From Deltaproteobacteria bacterium (GTDB taxonomy: Bacteria; SAR324; NAC60-12), in NCBI GenBank assembly GCA_003541985.1, contig DPLM01000153.1:1-24678 (forward strand): a stretch of DNA of 24,678 nucleotides. The letters are read 5' to 3'. Every line of letters begins with the position of its first letter. Positions within the stretch are counted from its first letter, which is position 1. Below, in pieces: positions 18,946-24,678 of this stretch. Under the pieces are notes generated by a model, which was not told where the DNA came from, searched no databases, and worked only from the letters and a program-made list of their open reading frames with translations. The translations under genes were made by a program, and so were the position numbers.

Positions 18946-19514
18946 TGGCTTCCTCCACTCGGCAATTCATCAACGAAATCTTGAATCAATTTTTTCTGCT
19001 GGTCTGCGTTGACACGTTGCTGCAACTTTTCTTCAGCCAGATCGATGGTCACTCCAGCTACCCAGCGGCGTAAGTCGTATTCAGCTTTTTTGAATTCCTG
19101 CTCAATGGTGAAGCGAGCATAGTCGGTGATTCGTTTTACCTCAGCCTCGCCTTCCTCCAAGATTCGCTGACGCTCGACTTCTGCAGTGACTTTGGCTTTT
19201 GCAATCATTTCGGTTGCTTCATGCTCTACCTTCTCAAGTTTCTCACGTGCCTTGGTCAACTCTTCCTCAATACGCTGTTCAGCCTGACGTGCTTCCTCAA
19301 TTGTAGCCTTGGCTTCTTCTGCAGACTTGCCCAATGCGTTACTGATGGGTTTGCGAGCAAAATAGTAAAGGATTGCCAACAGAATAATTGTGTTAACTAC
19401 TTTCCAGAAGAAGTCTAGCATTGATGCTTGTCCTTCTTCTCCAGCGGCCCAGAGTGGTGCTGACCAAAGCAGTCCAATCAGCAGCACGCTACACATGCCG
19501 GTTCTCTTCATCAT
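18942..19514 (-). CDS. atpF: ATP synthase F0 b subunit with N-terminal signal-peptide-like extension
   Basis: TM segment FWKVVNTIILLAILYYFARKPI followed by a long charged coiled coil. Start placed at ATG 19514 after RBS AAAGGA rather than TTG 19559. Confidence 0.9.
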   Translation of the reverse strand: MMKRTGMCSVLLIGLLWSAPLWAAGEEGQASMLDFFWKVVNTIILLAILYYFARKPISNALGKSAEEAKATIEEARQAEQRIEEELTKAREKLEKVEHEATEMIAKAKVTAEVERQRILEEGEAEVKRITDYARFTIEQEFKKAEYDLRRWVAGVTIDLAEEKLQQRVNADQQKKLIQDFVDELPSGGSQ

Positions 19515-19568
19515 TATGCAATCCTTTCTCATCGTGAGTCCCACAAAGGTGGGCAGCAAGGAGGGAAG

Positions 19569-20048
19569 TTAGTTGAGCAGGCGGCCAACAGTTCGTTCTG
19601 ACAATTCTTCCGTCAATTGTTGCAGAGTCGCTCGTGTCTGTTCCGTCTCAGAAATCAGATGTTCATGAGCACTGCGAGCCTCCTTCTCCAATAAATCCCG
19701 CTGTTTAAGAATGGTTTCCTCGCGTTGCTTATGACTTTGTTCGTAAGCTTCATTCATCACGTGTGCTACTTTTGAACGGGCAACATGAAGTTTCTGATCA
19801 AATTGGTCTCCAAGAGTCTCAATTTCTTTAGTCAGAACAGCTACTCGATCTCGTCGATCCTGGACAAATTTTTCGCGTTGATCAATGGTACGCAAAACAG
19901 GTTGGAACAGGAGAGAATTTAAGGATTTGTAGACGACAAAAATGATCACTAGAGTTACAATTGGGGTCGCCAGTTGGAAGTGCAGTAATCCGTAGTCTAC
20001 CGCGAGACCGCCCCAAGCATTTTCAATAATTGTTTGTTTGTAGTCCAT
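19569..20048 (-). CDS. ATP synthase F0 b' subunit (second b paralogue)
   Basis: One TM segment followed by LNSLLFQPVLRTIDQRE and a coiled coil. First gene of the atp run. Confidence 0.88.
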   Translation of the reverse strand: MDYKQTIIENAWGGLAVDYGLLHFQLATPIVTLVIIFVVYKSLNSLLFQPVLRTIDQREKFVQDRRDRVAVLTKEIETLGDQFDQKLHVARSKVAHVMNEAYEQSHKQREETILKQRDLLEKEARSAHEHLISETEQTRATLQQLTEELSERTVGRLLN

Positions 20049-20250
20049 TCCCTTTGCCTTCAGTCTTGTGAGATGTAAGCAATTTCGGTTTGTTGGAGCC
20101 TTCTTTTAAAAAGAAGATTGAAGGGAGGACAATTTCGTAACATAAGATGAGGTTGACGGTCAAGCGTCTTTTCAGTAGTAGTGAGTTAAATTTTGCTTTT
20201 GTTGACTGCAAATCCAAACTATTTATACCTGAAATTTGATGAGGGACTCA

Positions 20251-20925
20251 ATGCGTATTCATGCAATTTGTTTTGATCTCGATGGCACTCTGCTCGACAC
20301 GTTGGTAGATATTGGCAATGCAGCGAATGCTGCGCTACTACGATTTGATCTGCCAACACACCCTCTGGAGTGTTATCGTTATTTCGTGGGGGAAGGTGCC
20401 AGCTGCTTGATGGAGAAGGTACTCCCCCAGACATGTGTTGCTGAGGAATGGAATGATCGTTTGCTGGAAGCCTTTGAAGAAGAGTATGCTCTGGGTTGGA
20501 GGAAGCAGACTTGTCTCTATACTGGAATCGTGGACTTGTTAGATGAGTTGACTCAAGCGGCTTGGCCTCTGGCGATTCTTTCGAACAAGCCGGATACTTT
20601 TACTCAGCAATGCGTGCAGCATTTCCTTGGAGCTTGGCCTTTCCAAATTGTTCGAGGGCAACAGGCCGGTACTCCCCGAAAGCCAGATCCAACTGGGATG
20701 CAACTGATTGCTCAAGAACTTAGCTTGCCAGTCGAAACACTCTGCCTGGTTGGAGATACCGGTATCGATATGCAGACTGCCACGAATGCGGGCAGTTACC
20801 CGATTGGAGTTAGTTGGGGTTTCCGAAAGGTTAAAGAACTTCAGGAGCATGGAGCACGCTTGGTGGCTGATTCTCCAGTAGAACTTGCAGCGTGGTTGCG
20901 AAAGCAGCATGCCGAATTTAACTAA
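20251..20925 (+). CDS. HAD-superfamily hydrolase (phosphoglycolate phosphatase-like)
   Basis: Motif I DLDGTLLDT, motif II SNK, motif III KP and motif IV GDTGID. ATG 20251 follows RBS GAGGGA. The substrate is not determinable. Confidence 0.9.
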   Translation: MRIHAICFDLDGTLLDTLVDIGNAANAALLRFDLPTHPLECYRYFVGEGASCLMEKVLPQTCVAEEWNDRLLEAFEEEYALGWRKQTCLYTGIVDLLDELTQAAWPLAILSNKPDTFTQQCVQHFLGAWPFQIVRGQQAGTPRKPDPTGMQLIAQELSLPVETLCLVGDTGIDMQTATNAGSYPIGVSWGFRKVKELQEHGARLVADSPVELAAWLRKQHAEFN

Positions 20926-21014
20926 AAAAAACTGGCATCTCTGAGGGACCTCCGATAGCGTAATTCCCTTCGAAAAGCTGATCCCCTTCCCGTATCCAAT
21001 TCGTGCTGCCCGCC

Positions 21015-22535
21015 ATGCTGATCCAATGTCCGGAATGTCATCGACGTTACGAATTCGCTATTGAGGCTCTCCCGGATACTCATAGATCGCAATGTATTCA
21101 TTGCAATTGCCTGATTCCTTTGCCTGGTCCACCTGCTGTCAAGCATGAAACCAAAGCCAATACAACAGAGTTGAAGCCTAGTCCGGAGGGGGAAGCCGCT
21201 TATCGACGCTCAACCACTCTTGCCAAGAGTGAGACTCGTCCAGCACCACCACCAGTGGAACCTGTTCTGCCTCTCTCACCACCACTGCCTGCTCAGAAAA
21301 AGCTGCAGATCCCTGATGAATTGGATGGAATTCCTGAGTCAGAGCCCACTAATCCAGCAGATCTTCAGGAATTGCGTGGTCTGCTGGGAGTACCTCTGCC
21401 ACCAGGTCGTGAAACACAGGGGGCAGAGTTCATTCCTCCTCCCAAATCTAGCATTTTGGAAGGTTCGGCGTTGATGGAGCAGGCCCCTCGGAAGGAAGAT
21501 GATACTGAATCACTTTTGCACGATTCACCTCCTACGGAAGAAGCAGAAGAAGCCCAGAGTATCTTTGAACAGTCAATTCATGAATCATTTCCTGAGAAAC
21601 TAGAGTCAAAAGAGCAGAGCAGCACACCATTGTTTGAGGACGATGGAGCAATTCCAGAAATTCCAGTACCTGAGCCCCCTCCAAAACCAAAATCTACGCC
21701 TCAGCCTGAAAAAGTAGCAGCACCAAAGCCACCGCCGGCTGAGCCTGTTCCGAAAGCGGAAGCGAATCCTGAGCCCAAGCCAGAAGTCATATCCACTCCA
21801 AAGCATGAGGTGCAACCCGAACCGAAACCGAAAAAACCAATAACACCGAAACTAGAGGTACCATCCAAGTCACCACTGAAGCAACTGCCAGCTCCTGGTC
21901 CAGTACCAGAGCAAGCGAAGGTGAAAGAAGAAGCTCCTACGGTCAGCCAGATTTTTGAGAAATCCAGAGCAGAAGCTCGTATTCCTTGGGGTCGGCTAAC
22001 TCTTGTAAGTACACTGGCAAGCATGGGTCTTTTGTTGATCCTCTGGACAGGTGGTTACCTGCACATGGTCGACTCTCCCTTGCTTAGTCGTTTGGTTGGT
22101 GTACAACTGCATCAGTTTGAGTTTGTCGGTAATCTGCGAGTAGAAAAATTTCGTAACAATTTTAGCCGTCAAGCGATTCATGTGATGACGGGAACAGTGC
22201 GTTCAAATTTTTCAGATTCCTCTAACATCAGTTCGATCCGGCTCAAGGGTCTAGCCTTTGATGACGACCAGAAAATTCTGGAAAGCCAAGTGGTGTATGC
22301 AGGCGTGGTGCTGTCTCATCAGGAACTAAGCGAGTGGAGCGTGAGCCGTATTCGAGAGCAGTACAAGGAACGCTACGGGCGCAATGAGATTAACCGCAAC
22401 CTGCGGGAAGGCGAAGAACTGCCATTCCAGGTTGTGCTCTTCGAGGCTGGCGAACTGTTCAGCAAAGCTTCTGCCCAGATCATCAGTTACCAGCGGGATG
22501 GGCGAGATGTCTACGTGAGGATTGCAGAAAACTAA
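21015..22535 (+). CDS. Zinc-ribbon (MJ0042-like) + Pro/Glu/Lys-rich linker + TM + DUF3426-like domain protein
   Basis: MLIQCPECHRRYEF...QCIHC (two CxxC). About 280-aa low-complexity linker, one hydrophobic segment (LTLVSTLASMGLLLILWTGGYL) and a C-terminal beta-rich domain (IHVMTGTVRSN...ELPFQVVL). Confidence 0.75.
   Translation: MLIQCPECHRRYEFAIEALPDTHRSQCIHCNCLIPLPGPPAVKHETKANTTELKPSPEGEAAYRRSTTLAKSETRPAPPPVEPVLPLSPPLPAQKKLQIPDELDGIPESEPTNPADLQELRGLLGVPLPPGRETQGAEFIPPPKSSILEGSALMEQAPRKEDDTESLLHDSPPTEEAEEAQSIFEQSIHESFPEKLESKEQSSTPLFEDDGAIPEIPVPEPPPKPKSTPQPEKVAAPKPPPAEPVPKAEANPEPKPEVISTPKHEVQPEPKPKKPITPKLEVPSKSPLKQLPAPGPVPEQAKVKEEAPTVSQIFEKSRAEARIPWGRLTLVSTLASMGLLLILWTGGYLHMVDSPLLSRLVGVQLHQFEFVGNLRVEKFRNNFSRQAIHVMTGTVRSNFSDSSNISSIRLKGLAFDDDQKILESQVVYAGVVLSHQELSEWSVSRIREQYKERYGRNEINRNLREGEELPFQVVLFEAGELFSKASAQIISYQRDGRDVYVRIAEN
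21654..21911 (+). repeat. Pro-rich low-complexity coding tract with imperfect PEP(K/P)P repeats
   Basis: PEIPVPEPPPKPK, NPEPKPE and QPEPKPKKP within the 21015-22535 CDS. The repeats are at protein level and are not exact DNA tandem repeats. Confidence 0.6.
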
Positions 22536-22548
22536 GCTTAAAAAAAGC

Positions 22549-22577
22549 TTGTATTCCAACTAGTTTCTTCTTAGTTT
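22549..22577 (+). promoter_or_regulatory. Putative sigma70 promoter for rplU-rpmA
   Basis: TTGTAT (22549-22554), 17-bp spacer, TAGTTT (22572-22577). An A-tract lies immediately upstream (UP-like) and RBS AGGAG is at 22611-22615. Confidence 0.5.
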
Positions 22578-22621
22578 ATAAAGTTTTTAAACTTTCAATC
22601 TCCAATCCTTAGGAGTGTCTG

Positions 22622-22936
22622 ATGTACGCAATCATTCAGGCCGGAGGCCGTCAGCACCGCGTCGCGCCTGGTGAGGTAGTACGGCTGGACCGCATGCAGA
22701 GTGAGCAGGGTGCAACCTTTGAGACAGATCAAGTGTTGCTGATCCAAACAGACGATGGTGAAGTTCGTGTGGGAACGCCTGTGGTTTCTGGGGCCAAGGT
22801 GCAAGGCGAGGTGGTTGAGCACATGAAAGATCGCAAGGTCATCGTGTTCAAGCGCAAGCGCCGCAAAGGCTATCGTCGCAAGCAGGGCCATCGACAACAA
22901 TATACATTAGTGCGCATCTCTGAGATTAGCGCCTGA
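22622..22936 (+). CDS. rplU: 50S ribosomal protein L21
   Basis: MYAIIQAGGRQHRV, KVIVFKRKRRKGYRRKQGHRQQYT. Confidence 0.98.
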   Translation: MYAIIQAGGRQHRVAPGEVVRLDRMQSEQGATFETDQVLLIQTDDGEVRVGTPVVSGAKVQGEVVEHMKDRKVIVFKRKRRKGYRRKQGHRQQYTLVRISEISA

Positions 22937-22969
22937 TCTTCATTTCTGAACTTTCCTTTAGGAAGTATC

Positions 22970-23257
22970 ATGGCACACAAGAAAGCTGGTGGCAGCAGCC
23001 GCAACGGACGCGATTCAATCGGCAAACGACGTGGCGTCAAGCGTTTTGGTGGACAGATCGTTAAGGCAGGAAATATCTTGGTTCGTCAAGTAGGAACTAC
23101 CTTCCATGCAGGTCAAAATGTGGGCGTTGGTAAGGACTACACGCTATTTGCTCTCAGTGATGGTGCGGTCAGCTTCACTCGCAAGCGCAATGACCGTTGC
23201 TTCGTCAATGTTCTCCCTACGGCGGCAGAAGCTTCCCTGGCTGCTACGGGAGCATGA
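22970..23257 (+). CDS. rpmA: 50S ribosomal protein L27
   Basis: [23 protein letters not shown] and GKDYTLFAL. Confidence 0.98.
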   Translation: MAHKKAGGSSRNGRDSIGKRRGVKRFGGQIVKAGNILVRQVGTTFHAGQNVGVGKDYTLFALSDGAVSFTRKRNDRCFVNVLPTAAEASLAATGA

Positions 23258-24225
23258 GCCGCTTGCGTGCCCTGACAGGCATCAAGCCTTCGGGCACTCC
23301 CCATCTAGGCAACTACCTCGGTGCCTTGAGACCTGCGCTGCAATTGCAGCAAACGCACGACACCCTCTATTTCATTGCTGACTACCACGCTCTGACTACT
23401 GTTCGGGAACCAGCCCAGTTGAAAGAACATACCTATGATCTAGTGGCCGTGTTCGCTGCCTTGGGTATGAACTTCGACCAGCACACTTTTTTCCGCCAGT
23501 CCGACATTCCAGAAGTTACCGAGTTTGGCTGGATTCTTTCCTGTATCACGGCCAAGGGCTTGCTGGAACGAGCCCACGCCTTTAAAGATGCACAGTCCAA
23601 GCAGCAGGAAGTCAATCTTGGCCTATTCTGCTATCCAATCCTCCAGGCCGCAGACATTCTACTCTATGACTCGAACTTTGTGCCTGTTGGCAAGGACCAG
23701 AAACAGCATCTGGAAATGACTCGTGACATCGCCCTGCGCTTCAACCATCTCTATGGAGAGGATGCGCTGGTGGTGCCTGAGCCACTGATTGGTGAAGAGG
23801 TGGCGACGATCCCAGGACTGGATGGTCAGAAAATGAGCAAGTCCTACAACAATGTGATACCATTGTTTGCCCCTGCCAAGAAGGTCCGTAAATCAATCAT
23901 GCGGATTCAGACCGACTCTCTTGGAGTGGAAGATCCTAAAGATCCTGATCAATGCAACATCTTCCAACTCTATCGACATTTCACCACCGCAGAAGAACAA
24001 GCTGTCTTGGCAGAGTGTTACCAAGCGGGTGAGATGGGCTATGGTGAGGCGAAACAACAATTGTTCGAAGTAGTAGAGCGCGAATTGGGAGAAGCCCGAG
24101 AAGCTTACTTTCAGCTGCGCGAGCAGCCCGAGACTCTGGAAGGAATCTTGGAAAAAGGTCGTGACAAAGCTCGACGCGTAGCTTTGGAAGTTCGCAAACG
24201 AGTGCGCAACAGCGTTGGTCTTTAG
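23254..24225 (+). CDS. trpS: Tryptophanyl-tRNA synthetase
   Basis: [14 protein letters not shown] (HIGH), [20 protein letters not shown] and KMSKS. The true start is ATG 23254, an ATGA overlap with the rpmA stop. Confidence 0.97.
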   Translation: MSRLRALTGIKPSGTPHLGNYLGALRPALQLQQTHDTLYFIADYHALTTVREPAQLKEHTYDLVAVFAALGMNFDQHTFFRQSDIPEVTEFGWILSCITAKGLLERAHAFKDAQSKQQEVNLGLFCYPILQAADILLYDSNFVPVGKDQKQHLEMTRDIALRFNHLYGEDALVVPEPLIGEEVATIPGLDGQKMSKSYNNVIPLFAPAKKVRKSIMRIQTDSLGVEDPKDPDQCNIFQLYRHFTTAEEQAVLAECYQAGEMGYGEAKQQLFEVVERELGEAREAYFQLREQPETLEGILEKGRDKARRVALEVRKRVRNSVGL

Positions 24226-24239
24226 GTAAAGCCCCTGTG

Positions 24240-24678
24240 ATGAAAACTCAGATTCCTGACGTTCTGGCTCAACGTTACGCAAGTACTGCAATGTGTGAGC
24301 TGTGGTCAGCAACAGGAAAGATTCGTCTGGAACGTGAGTTCTGGATTGCTGTGATGAAAGCACAGCAGACAGTCGGTGTCGAAATTTCAGACCTTGCGAT
24401 TACGGCTTACGAGCAAGTTAAAGATAAGATTGACCTAGAGCGAATCGCAGAACGTGAACGTACGTTGCGACATGATGTCAAGGCCCGTATCGAAGAATTT
24501 TGTGACTTGGCTGGAGAGCAACAGATTCACAAGGGCCTGACCAGCCGAGATCTGACGGATAACGTTGAGCAACTACAGATTCTCCGCTCACTGGCCCTCC
24601 TTGAAGATAAGTACATCGCAGTCCTCTATCAGCTGGCCCGCTGGGCTGAGCGCACTCGAGATTGGCTGCTAGTGGCTC
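24240..24678 (+). CDS. purB: Adenylosuccinate lyase, 5' part (runs off window)
   Basis: Not in the ORF track because there is no stop in the window. ATG 24240 gives MKTQIPDVLAQRYAS...ERTLRHDVKARIEEF...IHKGLTSRDLTDN, with the catalytic HDV His and the H.G.TS.D motif. Confidence 0.93.
   Translation, partial: MKTQIPDVLAQRYASTAMCELWSATGKIRLEREFWIAVMKAQQTVGVEISDLAITAYEQVKDKIDLERIAERERTLRHDVKARIEEFCDLAGEQQIHKGLTSRDLTDNVEQLQILRSLALLEDKYIAVLYQLARWAERTRDWLLVA

Noticed and set aside
20023-20217. 64-aa ORF upstream of atpF' as a leader peptide or atpI
   Set aside because: It has no RBS, is not hydrophobic like AtpI, and runs through the likely promoter region in a different frame.
22534-22550. AAGCTT-AAAAA-AAGCTT repeat
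   Set aside because: It is adequately explained by the upstream stop codon, the A-tract and the -35 element of the rplU promoter.
22937-22969. Prp protease gene or cleavable L27 N-terminal extension
   Set aside because: The gap is 33 bp and L27 begins directly with MAHKK.
23893-24363. 156-aa minus-strand ORF at the window end
   Set aside because: It is antisense to trpS and purB, both strongly supported.

Overview
Mostly bacterial core genome, about 48-50% GC by eye. The gene content and the split ATP synthase operon with b and b' suggest a deltaproteobacterial-type lineage, possibly SAR324 (inference only). Positions 1-3473 look like the edge of an old genomic island anchored at the 3' end of guaA. 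It carries an AT-rich (about one-third GC) sitB-sitC-sitD Mn/Fe ABC transporter and a heavily decayed tyrosine integrase (2075-3310, minus strand) that the ORF track shows only as a fragment. The core part runs: long-form guaA, tatB-like gene, degenerate histidine-kinase-fold protein, membrane protein plus engB, a minus-strand run (124-aa hypothetical, SRPBCC protein, periplasmic binding protein, divergent murG, acyl-CoA ligase), rlmE, atpF'-F-H-A-G-D-C, HAD hydrolase, Zn-ribbon/Pro-rich/DUF3426-like protein, rplU-rpmA-trpS and the 5' part of purB (absent from the ORF track). I see no rRNA, tRNA, CRISPR array or intact mobile element, and nothing that demonstrates a new system. The best leads are the guaA island fossil, the putative pseudo-histidine kinase, and the non-canonical MurG with its neighbours. 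All family calls come from motif recognition, without database searches.
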